A program made the translations under genes and the position numbers. A model generated the notes under the pieces. It was not told the DNA's origin. It saw only the letters and a list, made by a program, of their open reading frames with translations, and did not search any database. A stretch of DNA of 64,000 nt from Centroscyllium fabricii (lineage: Eukaryota), in the NCBI GenBank assembly GCA_051313645.2, contig JBNRSN020000014.1, positions 145,390,001 through 145,454,000 on the forward strand, given 5' to 3'. Positions 23,601 through 35,600 of this stretch are shown here, piece by piece (positions within the stretch are counted from its first letter, which is position 1; every line of letters begins with the position of its first letter).

Positions 23601-26600
23601 TTAAATATCCACAACTGAGCATCCACAGCCCTGTGGGGTAGAGAATTCCGAAGATACACGACCAACAAATCTCTCTCTATTGGTGGTTGAAGGAGGAATG
23701 TTGGCTAGGATCGGAGAACTCCCTGCTCAGCTATTGATTTGTGTCATGCAGTCATAAATATTTGCCTCAACCACTGGAGCAGGCAAATGGGACCATGCTT
23801 TAATGTCTTGTCTGAAGGATGAGACCTAAATACATAATTAAACATTGGGCCACCTCACTGAATGAAAGACCAGCTGCTCAATTTTAACACCACTAGCACA
23901 AGAGGGGGAGGTGGTGGTGGTGGCGTAGTGGTTATGTCACCAGACCAGTAAGCCAGAGGCTCAGTCAAATGCTTTGAGGATATGGGTTTAAATCCCACCA
24001 CGGTGGCTGGTGGAATTTAAATTCAATTCAATTTAATTCGGCAATTAAATGTTAGTCTTAGTAATGGCGACCATTGTCGATTGTTGCAAAAACCCATCTG
24101 GTTCACTAATGTCCTTCAGGGAAGGAAATCTGCCGTCCTTACCTGGTCTGGCCTACATGTGACTCCAGACCCACAGCAATGTGGTTGACTCTTAATGCCC
24201 TCTGAAATGGCCTAGCAAGCCACTCAGTTGTAAACAACCGCTACGCAACATTGTGGGTGTACCAACACCATACGGACTGCAGCGGTTCAAGAAGGTGGCT
24301 CACCACCATCTTCTCGAGCAATTAGGGATGGGCACTAAAATGCAGGCCTAGCCAGCCAGCGACGCCCACATCCCATCAACGAATAAAAAAAGAAGAGGGT
24401 ATCAGGAAGAGAATTGAACCTACTGTGGTATGCAACACTGTTACAGGTTGCACTGGTATGTGTGTCAATTCACTGGGGCTAAACTGATCTGTGGATGTCT
24501 CATGATGCTCGTTTGTTTGCATTGATATGTGACTAAAACCCTCCAGTGATGAGTTTGGAACATTGGTTCCAATTAGTCCTGCCTATTGGTAACTCAGGAT
24601 AGGAGTGGGGAAGGAACGAGTTTACATGTTATTGTTCCTTCGTGTTTGGAAGTGTGTTGGGTCCACCCTAATCCTCAAACACAACAAGAAGTAAACAGTT
24701 AACACTTGTTAATTGGAAGGGTTTTTTTGCGCACACAAAATTCCCAGCTAGAGAATGCTTTGAATTAAGCAACGTAATGTAACCAAGTGGAAATTTAGTG
24801 CTAAAATGATTTATCAGATCATTTGAATGAAGTGTTTACGATTCAGATTTTTACAGTTTGTAACAATCTTGGACATTGTGTGTGGAAAGGACTGACCAGT
24901 TTACTGTGAGGGAACTCTTGTACTTCGATTTTTAATGTTTTAATCTATACACTGGTTTGAATCTTTCAATGTCATCTATAAACTAATGTAATCCATCAGC
25001 TTGCCCTTGTACCACCATCGCCCACAAATTTCATGAGCACACTTGGCAAAGCATTGCAAAGCAATACTGAATGCTAAACTGCTTAGAGTGTTATAATTCT
25101 TAGTGAGCCTTTCAATAGTGAAGGAATCTTAACCAGTAAATGTCTACGTTCTTGCTATTTTCTAGCAGTAGGGTATTGATGGTGTACTTTGATACTTTTC
25201 TTAATGTTTCCCTGAGCTGAATGCCTATCCTCCTGTAGTTATGGATGTGTCGGGGCTCTCCCTGGCTTGTATATTTTTGTATTTGTAATGGAGGTTTGAT
25301 ACGTTGAGCTATTCAGTAACTTCCGCTCAGTAATGTTTAACTCATGCATGGTATTTGTGCCACTGTTTTTCCACTTTGTGTTTGTCTTGATCTGTTTCTG
25401 TTTATTTTTCTATTGTTTTTAAATTCATAGTTTTCCTTCATTCTGTTTTGTCAAGTTTTATCCTTCTGCTCATGGATGCAGCAGGGGAAGGCAAGAGAAA
25501 GAGGTGTCCGACCTAGTTGCCAGACTGCAGGGAAAGCTGAGCGAGGTCAGTGTTTAGCAGTAGTAGTGGGATGTACAAATACAGGTTGAGCACCGTTAAT
25601 CCGGCAGGGTCGGGACTAGCGCCCTGCCGAATTGTTGAAAACGCCGAATAATGGAAGCTTCGGGGGCGCGTGCGCAGAGCATCCAAAATGGCCACCGCGA
25701 AATTTTGAACGCTCTGCGCATGCGCTGCCGGTACCTGGAAGGTGATTTTCGGCCCACTGGTCGGGTGGAACTCAGGACGCACTCGATTCTGCTGCCCATG
25801 GCGGATCAAGGAGCGGGCTGCACAGCTCCAGCGGGCCTGAGGCCCAATGTGCGGCTCAAGCTCGGCTCACGTGATGCCGCCGCACGCCAGCTTCGGAACG
25901 TGGTGATGTCAGCACGCAGCAGCCTGGCGGAGCCGGGCGCCGAGTTTTGGCTCTACCGTGTCCTGCGAAAGGCGGTTGGCACAACAGCTCATCTTCTGGG
26001 CCTGGGATTCACATCGGCATCGGGGTGGTCACTAAGCCGGGATCCAGTGGGTATCTGTTAGGTGAAAGGGAAGCCCAGCCCCGAAGGCGGCCATTTTGAA
26101 TTGTCTGGACATGCGCCGGGCAGTGGGGAAAATCTGTGCTGGACGACTGAAGCTGCCGGTTCTTTGGGTACTGGGTTAACGGTGCTCAACCTGTATACCA
26201 AGTATGATGTGGAGGTGCCGGTGTTGGACTGGGGTGGACAATTGCAAGAAGTCACACAACACCAGATTATAGTCCAACAGTTTTATTTTAAATCACAAAC
26301 CTTCGGAGCGTTCGCCCCTTCGTCAGGTGGAAAGAGAGACTGACCTAAAGAAAACACAGGAAGGGAGAAATCCGATCTCTCCCACATCTCACGTCAGCAG
26401 AGACAGACCAAGCACACACAGGCATATTAACATATTTTAACACATCAGTCCGGGCACAGTCGCAAGGGGGGTCAAATGCTGCAAAACACAATGATTTAAA
26501 AAAAAAGGAATTTCCTTACAAGACAAAGATGTCCCTAGTCCGGATGACTCTACGTCAGGCAGGGTCACGTAGCGTGACATGAAGCCAATTTGTGATTTAA

Positions 26601-29600
26601 AATAAAACTGTTGGACTATAATCTGGTGTTGTGTGACTTCTTGCAATTGTATACCAAGTAGGATGATTTATGGCAGGAACAGAGAAGGTAGATGCGTTTC
26701 ATTGGAAGGGAGAAGTTGGTTTCAAATCCCCAGTTAAGACCCGGTTAGACTCTTGCCTACTTAAAAGCCCAACTTGCTTCATACCATATCCATCTGTAAG
26801 CCCCCCTTGTTCCTGATCCAGTAATGTATAGTTCCAAAACTTCTTCCTGCCAACTTCAAGCCTTGTACTTCCTGCAGCTAAGAAATTATTAACACAAAAC
26901 ATTTTGTATTCAAAAATTGCTAGGACTGTTAAAAATGAGGTTCAGAAACTGGTGGAATTTGACACTTAATCTGAACTCCTCTAGTATCTTTTCACCATAT
27001 TGCCCGCCCCAAGCCATTGTTTAGCTTGTGCTATTTTTAATTGTTTGTAAGGAGGTACAAAAGAGTAGCCTGGCTAGCTTTTCTATTAATGAGGTACCAG
27101 GCCTCTGCTTAATGTTTATCCACAGCAATCTGACTGACAGGCAGTTTGAGCCATCGATGCCCAAAACCCACATCCCACCACTTTGTGGTATCGAACTTGG
27201 TGCTGTGTTCTTCGACTGTATGGTAATGCCATTGTCATAGGTTAAGTTGTCAGAAGAATCTGTAGATGCCCAAATTAGAAATGGCAGATATATCAGTAAT
27301 CGTTGCTGAGCAGTTGATCAATGTATGAAACTCCTTAAACTCAACTATTTAAGAATTTTTCGGGCCACCTCCGTGTTCACAGCCAGTGAATTACTTTTGA
27401 AGTTGCAGTCACTGAAGCGGGGGCAAAGGCAAGATCCAATTTGCACACCGCAGGGTCTCACAAAATTTTAACTAAGGAGTTGATAGTATTGGTGGCCAGA
27501 ACACCAGGAAAACAGCCTGCTTCTGTTTTGAGTTGTGCCATCTAAACAAGATTAGCGGACCTCAGTTTAATATTGCATCTGAAAGACCGCACCTCTGACA
27601 ATGCAGCACTTCCTAACTACTGTACTGGAGTGTTGGGCTGGGTTATGTGCTCACACATCCTGGGGTGAGGCTTCAGTCCACTACCCCCGATTCAGATGAG
27701 CATGCTTCTTATGTAGCCAAGCAAACGCTCTTCCTAGGGGTATGCCAAGTTGGCACGGCACGATGGATCTGACCAAACTACTTTCATTTTAGGACCCATA
27801 GCTGATAGTGAGGTAGGGTTTTTTATTCTATCCATCTGGACTGGATTGCAACCCGAGTCTGAGAAGAAAGGACAGATAACCACTGGTACCCAATTAAACT
27901 TGAGGTCTCATTTCTGATTGGTGCAATCGTCTGCTTGTAAGATCCAATGTGAGGGTTTACCCTACTGTTGGTAATCGATGTGAACAATCCTGTATGTACC
28001 CTTTGCAGACAGGATTTTGTTTGCCTCAAAACCATTAGACACCAAAACCTTGGTTTAATACTTTAAGGATGTTGGTTTTAACCAGGCAGCAGGTCCCTCG
28101 TGCTATCAATTGGTCTTTATTAAGATTAAATTGGTGAGGCCTGAAATGATGTTTTTTAGTTATGATAAGGTATGCAAAACATTGAATATTCACACCGTGT
28201 GTGTTTGGGGAAAATCTCCTTCCTGGTGCATTTATCTAGAGACTTTGTAGCTGGCAAAGTTGGTCCATATGGCTAAACCCCCTTACTGGCTGGTGGGGGG
28301 GGGGTTAGATTTTACTGTAAATAGCTGGCTGAATTGAAGTACTTTTAGATAGCATTTGACATGAAATGACTTTTAGGCAACTGAGAATGAGCTGCCTGCT
28401 TTAATCTCAAGGCTTCAAAACTGGGTTTAAATCCAGAGTGCTCAATTTCAGACCTTTAACTGCTAATCTTGGAGCTCACACCTTGCTGACATTCATGCTG
28501 GTGTGGATGTTCCTTCACCATTGCATTCGGCATCCTCAATACCTGACATTGAAATAACAGGATGAGCTGTTGTACTGCCATTACTGCAGATTTACAAACT
28601 AATCTAATCTGAAATGTCAGAAAATGCCATGGTCCTAAAGGTGAGAACAACAACAAAAAAGTTTTTTTCTGCTATACGGTTGCAGTTATGTTGCAGCCTT
28701 GTACTGTTTTCCAAGCCAGTCGCTGCACCGATAATCAGGATTATCAATGACTTTGTCATTCTTGGGCGCTGCTGGGAAAGGAACTGCTTTCTAGATACAG
28801 CATTAAGGCTTTAATGTAATCAGCATGACTGGCCTACTGGATTTGTTGACATGCTCTGTACTGGAAAAGTGGATGGAAGATGGTCTTGAATAGTAGGTGT
28901 ATAGAAACATCAGTATATTTGCACATCTGACTAAAATGATCTCCTACAGAGTACTGGAGCTTGGTCTCATTGTAACCGTTGACATTTCTGCAGGCCCCAT
29001 CGCAGCAATAACAGAACTGCCTCAATTTTGATGAAACCATCCAAGGAATTAAATGCAGATTTTCTAGACAGACTGTTTGAAATGGATCACGGGCTGCAAT
29101 ACGACCTTTTTTGCATTTTAGAAACATGGAGCAGGAGTAGGCCATTCGGCCCTTCGAGCCTGCTCCGCCATTCAATGAGATCATGGCTGATCATCCAAAC
29201 CCAGTATCCCGCCCCTGCCCTCCCCATATCCCTCGATCCCTATCGAGCCTGCACCGACACATATCCCACCCTATCCCTGTAACCCCACATATTCAATCCC
29301 CCTAACACTAAGGGTCATTTTATCCTGGCCAATCAACCTAACCCGCACATCTTTGGACTGTGGGAGGAAACCGGAGCACCCGGAGGAAACCCACGCAGAC
29401 ACGGGGAGAATGTGCAAACTCCACACCGATAGTGCCCGAGGCCGGATTTGAACCCGGGTCTCCAGTGCTGTGAGGCAACAGTGCTAACCACTATGCCACC
29501 GTGCCGCCCGAGTCACTGGTGCTGAGCCCACTTGCCACTCTTTTGCCCTGAGAATTCTTGCTGATTGTCTCAATCTGGCAGAGCCGTCTCTCTGGGCTTT

Positions 29601-32600
29601 AAACTGAGGTTTGCTTGGGTGACTAATGCAGCCTGCTCAGCAGACTGTTTGTTTGGAAAATCTTCAGGTAATTTTTATCTTAAGTTGCCCATGTGTGTAA
29701 ATTTTTCATCTTGAGCAATGCACATCTGGGGCAAGTAGTCTGCTCACCCGCAGCAAGAAACCAGTGGAGCAGAGAAATATTTAAACTGGCCATCTTTCTG
29801 GACATAACTGAGCTCATTTTGTGAGGGCGGTGGACAATTTGATGCACTTTGCTCTGCATGGCCAGTCAGTGTCTGTAAGGATGCTGTTCTGCTAAATGCA
29901 AGAAGTCACACAACACCAGGTTATAGTCCAACAGTTTTATTTGAAATCACAAGCTTTCGGAGTGAGATGTTGGAGAGATTAGATTGCTCTCTCCCTTGTG
30001 TATATGCTGTCTTTAAATGAACTTCTCTTTCACCTGACGAAGGGGCAGACGCTCCGAAAGCTTGTGATTTCAAATAAAACTGTTGGACTATAACCTGGTG
30101 TTGTGTGACTTCTTGCATTTGTCCACCCCAGTTCACGTCATGTTCTGCTAAAGCCATTGCATCATCAGTCTTGTGCGCCACAAAATGAATTGGCGCACAA
30201 GCCAGTTTTGACGTTAGTTCAAAATGATGCGTGTAAATCTCTCTTCCAACCACGGTGAGGTTTCCGAGTTAAATGGAGAATTTTCTCCTGGATATCAGTT
30301 CACTTGTCTTCCTTTTCTCTTTGAAGAAAGCCATGACAATATTGCACAGTTGGACTCAATAAATTGTGTCTGCTGTGGTCTTTTTGCTGTCTGAGCACTT
30401 GAGTACAAAATAGAATTGAAAAACACAATGGGTTCAAGATGAGGAGAATCTCACTTATGGCCAATGCAACACTTTGTATTTGTTGATGTTGAACCCTTCC
30501 AGGTTAATGCCCTTGCAGTTTATATGTATTTTAAACTCCCTGTTGCTCAGTTCACCGAAATAAATCCCTTTTTTTAAATTATGATTTGTCTTTTGTACTT
30601 CATGCAAAGATATTGTCATCGTTCCTCTTCAAGAGTGTGGTTAACTCCCAATTCCTGAATGCCCTCCACTCCAGCTGTGATTTTTCTGTTTCCTGTATCG
30701 GCCATCCTTGCTCCCTTTTTAGAAAGATATTGCTGGTTTTGTACTGTGAATTCATGCCTGCTATGTACTGAGCTGAAAGCAGTTTAAACTTGGCTACTGT
30801 CAGATTTTCATGTTCATTTTGAAATAACTTCAAAACTGGCTTATGCTATAACTAATTTTGTCACTTTCAAAAGCTGCTTTTATAGCCATGCTTACAGTGC
30901 TAGTCCCCAACACACATTTCATACAGCTGGCAACAACCTGTGGGTAAACCTGTTGGGATTGACTAAAGCGGACCGCCGAGAAGTCTTGTTTCTGTCCGGT
31001 CCTCTTCCTGCTGCTGTTTTAGGGAATCTCAAAGATCACCTCCAGATTGTAGCACTGCACACGACCTGTCTATCAGGATCCAGCAGCACTAACATGGACA
31101 ATGCATTGTATGAAAGTAGTTCATGTAAATCCCTTTGCTGAAAAGAAAAATCTGGGCAATCTGTTACTTTACATGAGGCCATGTCATTGTTCTCCAATTC
31201 AATATCCCCTTTTTGCAGGCAAAATCTAGCAGGTCACCATAAGGAAGGTTTTTGATTGCTGAAGCTATAAAATAGTTTTTTATGGAGTTCAATGCTCTTT
31301 AAATGTTGGCTATATATGTGGTTCCAATACAGAGTTTTAAAATTGCTGATTAACATTTTAATGCATTGTTACTGATGCTGGATGGGAACACTAGCTGGAA
31401 GCCAGAGACATAAGGAATTCTTCTGGGAATATTGCTTACATTTAAGTTGTAAGTGATGATCAGCTTTATTTATCCGTTTCGGGGTTGGGTCGTATTTTGC
31501 GGAGGTGGTGGGTATGGTTGGATAATACTGTTTTGGTTAAGGTGGACAATCGAACATATTTTACACCGTATTGACATCATGCACTCTCAGTACAGTTACA
31601 GTGTAGATTAGATGTAGAATCAGACTCCCTCTGCTGCCCCAGCAAGATGCACAGTGCTGCTGTTACATCTGTGAGTCCTTAGTACTGACTTTCTGTGTTA
31701 ATCTTGGAGAACCACAAACATTAGGAAATGATGGTGCTCAAATTTGGAGACACTGTTGAGGGTATGTGACCCTTTTTACTGCGGCATTGCAAGTTGATCC
31801 TTATTGGAGCATCGTTGGCCAATCTGAGTGACAAATATAATAGCACTGCTTGTGGGGACATCAACTGCACTTAGAGCACTTAGACTGGAGTTACTGTAAC
31901 ATTACATCACAAATGCTCAGTAGCATTAGCAGATTTGTGCTTGACCTTTGTCCTGGAGTATCATGAATGTAACACTAAATCAAGCATATGGAGGGAATTA
32001 ACCCAATCCCAATAAAGCATGCTTGCAGCATCTGAACATAAAACCTGCTTCATTCTGAGAGAGAGGCTTCCATCTGCAATTTCTGTATACGCTTCATTAC
32101 TTGTCGGTCTACGTTGGCATTGCACACGGGAAATCATGTCTTGTGAATAACTGGATCCAACAGTCAGTTATCAACTCTGTCACTACCTCTGAGTGAATGA
32201 ATTAGAATTGCTCAGAAGGGGAATCTGAAACGCCTTGCACGACATCTGCATCGATGCATCTAAAATCACTTGCAATGTGCAAGTGGCAAGATCAATGAAA
32301 AGCTAGACAAATAGAAACATAGAAACATAGAAAATAGGTGCAGGAGTAGACCATTCGGTCCGTCGAGCCTGCACCGCCATTCAATACGTTCATGGCTGAA
32401 CACAAGAACACAACACAATAGCACAAGAACAGAAGACACAAGAACACAGGAACACAAGAACACTAGAACCCCAGAAATAGGAGCAGGAGTAGGCCATCGG
32501 CCCCCCGAGCCCGCCCCCTCCCCATCAAGATCGTTGCTGATCCTACCCTAACCTTCGTACCACTATCACCCTTCTCCCACCCAAAGAACCGTGTGATCTC

Positions 32601-35600
32601 CTGGGAGAGGCGAAAAACCGGATAAAAACCCAGGTCCAATTTGGGAAAATAAATCCGGGAAATTCCTCTCCGACCCCAATCCAGGCGATCGAAACTTGTC
32701 CAGGAGATCACTCAGGTCTTACTATACTAACCATAACTCAGGTCCACTTCCCTGCCCGCTCCCCGTAACCCTTAATTCCCTTGTCAGCTAAAAAACAGTC
32801 TATTTCGGTTTTAAATTTATTTAATGTTCCCGCTTCCACAGCTCCCTGGGGCAGTGAATTTCATAGATTAACCACCCTCTGGGTGAAGAAGTTTCTCCTC
32901 ATCTCAGTTTTAAAAGAGCCCCCCCTTATTCTAAGACTATGCCCCCTAGTTCTGGTCTCCCCGATCATTGGAAACATCCTTGGCGCATCCACCCGATCAA
33001 GGCCCCTCACGATCTTATACGTTTCAATAAGATCGCCTCTCATTCTTCTGAACTCTAAAGAGTAGAGTCCCAACCTACTTAACCTTTCCTCATATGTCAA
33101 CCCCCTCATCGCTGGAATTAACCGTGTAAACCTTCTCTGCACTGCCTCCAGGGCAAGTACATCCTTTCTTAAGTATGGACACCAAAACTGCACACAGTAT
33201 TCCAAATGCGGTCTCACCAATACTGTGTACAGCTGCAGCAAGACCTCCCTGTTTTTATACTCTATCCCCCTAGCAATAAAGGCTAAGACTCCATTGGCCT
33301 TCCTAATCACTTGCTGCACCTGCATACTAACTTTTTGTGATTCATGCACTAATACCCCCAGGTCCCTTTGCGTTGTATTACAACGCAGCTCCTCCCCATT
33401 TAGAAAATAACTTGCCCTATGATTTTTTTTTCCAAAGTGTATAACTTCACATTTGTCAGTATTAAATTTCATCTGCCAGGTTGCTGCCCAATCACCTAGC
33501 TTATCTATATCCTTTTGCAGGCTTTTTCTGTCCTCCTCACTCCCTGCTTTTCCTCCCATTTTTGTGTCATCTGCAAACTTTGATATATTACACTTGGTCC
33601 CCTCCTCCAAATCATTTATATAGATTGTAAACAGCTGGGGTCCCAGCACCGACCCCTGCGGAACACCGCTATTCACCGATTGCCATCCCGAGTATGAACC
33701 ATTTATCCCAACTCTCTGCTTCCTGTTTGAAAGCCAATCCTCTACCCATGCTAATATATTTCCCCCAATCCCATAATTTTTTATTTTAAGCAAAAGTCTC
33801 TTATGTGGCACCTTGTCAAAAGCCTTTTGGAAGTCCAAGTATACCACATCCACCGGTTCCCCTTTATCCACCCGAGATGTTACTTCCTCAAAGAATTCGA
33901 GCAAATTAGTTAAACATGACTTCCCCTTCGTAAAACCATGCTGACTCTGTCCGATTAAGTCATGTTTATCCAAGTGCCCCGTCAGTGTTTCTTTAATAAT
34001 GGTCTCTAACATTTTACCCACCACAGATGTTAGACTAACCGGTCTATAGTTACCAGCCTTCTGTCTACTTCCCTTTTTAAATATAGGTGTTACATTAGCC
34101 ATTTTCCAATCCACCGGGACCCTTCCTGTCTCCAGGGAGCTTTGGAAAATTATCACCAATGCATCCACAATCCCCACCGCTATTTCTCTCAAGACCCGAG
34201 GATGTAATCCATCAGGCCCAGGGGATTTATCCGCCTTAAGTCCCATTAATTTACCTAATACCATCTCCTTAGTGATCTTAATAGTGTTTAGCTCCTCCAT
34301 TCCTATAGCCCCCTGTTTATCCAGCGTTGGAATATTTTTAATGTCTTCTACGGTAAAGACTGATACAAAATATTCATTTAATGCTTTTGCCATCTCCATG
34401 TTCCCCACCAACAAATTCCCAGTCTCACCCTCCAATGGACCAACATTCACCTTAGCCACCCTTTTTCTTTTTATATAACTATGGGAAATTCCTCTCCGAC
34501 CCATCTAGGCGATCGAAACTTGCCCAGGAGATCACAGAGAATCCCTACAGTGCAGATAGAGGCCATTTCGGCCCATCGAGCCTGCACCGACACACATCCC
34601 ACCCTATCCTCGTAACCGCACATATTTAATCCCCCAAACACTATGGGTCAATTTATCCTGGCCAATCAACCTAACCCACACATCTTTGGACTGAGAGAGG
34701 AAACCGGAGCACCCGGGAGGAAACCCACGCAGACACAGGGAGAATGTGCAAACTCCACACAGATAGTCACCCGAGGCCAGATTTGAACCCGGGCCCCTGG
34801 TGCCCGTGAGACAACAGTGCTAACCACTATGCCACTTGGCTGATCTGAACCTTGCCTCACGTCCATTTACCTGCCCGCTCACCGTAACTCCGAATTCCCT
34901 TTACTTCCAAGAAACTGTCTGTCTTGGTTTTAAATTTAATCAAAGTAGTAGCTTCCACTGCTCTCTGGGGCAGCAAATTCCACAGATCTGCCACCCTCTG
35001 AGTGAAGAGGTTTCTTCTCATCTCAGTTTTGAAAGGGCAGCCCCTTATTCTCAGATTATGCCCCCTAGTTCTAGTCTCACCCATCAGTGGAAACATCCTC
35101 ACCGCATCCACCCGATCAAGCCAATTCACAATCTTATATGTTTCAATAAGATCGCCTCTCACTCTTCTGAATTCCAATGAGTAGAGGCCCAACCTACTCG
35201 ACCTTTCCTCATAAGTCAACCTCCTCATCTCCGGAATCAATCGAGTGAATCTTCTCTGAACTGCCTCGAGAGCAAGTATATATGACTTTGCTGCAACAAT
35301 GGTTGATGACAGAGAATTTCACATTCTACTTTATGTGGAAACAAATGTTTCTAACTTCCTCTTCATTTTCTTAGATTTATATTTGTTCCCTTTCATTATC
35401 ATTTCTCTGACACATGGAAACAATCACTCCCCCTTATTCATAGTCTTGAAGTACTCGAACAGGTCATTTATTGAACTTCAAGGTCCAGTGGGGGGGAAAA
35501 AAGTAATTGCCCTCCAGTTTCTCCATATAACTGTAAACCCATATCCGGGTAACATTCTAGTGAATCTTCACTGCAACCTTTTTTATTTTTTGTGTATCCT

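Noticed and set aside
24545-24620. TGATGA box-C-like motif as a possible intronic snoRNA (also near 11904)
   Set aside because: No properly spaced CTGA box D with a terminal stem.
25330-25510. Long U-rich tract with AG dinucleotides suggesting a hidden exon
   Set aside because: No convincing donor (GAG|GTGTCC) and no recognisable peptide.
32861-34504. 547-aa RT ORF as a domesticated gene or active LINE
   Set aside because: 5'-truncated with no endonuclease, ORF1 or promoter; the start derives from a fused UTR fragment and there is a premature stop near the end.
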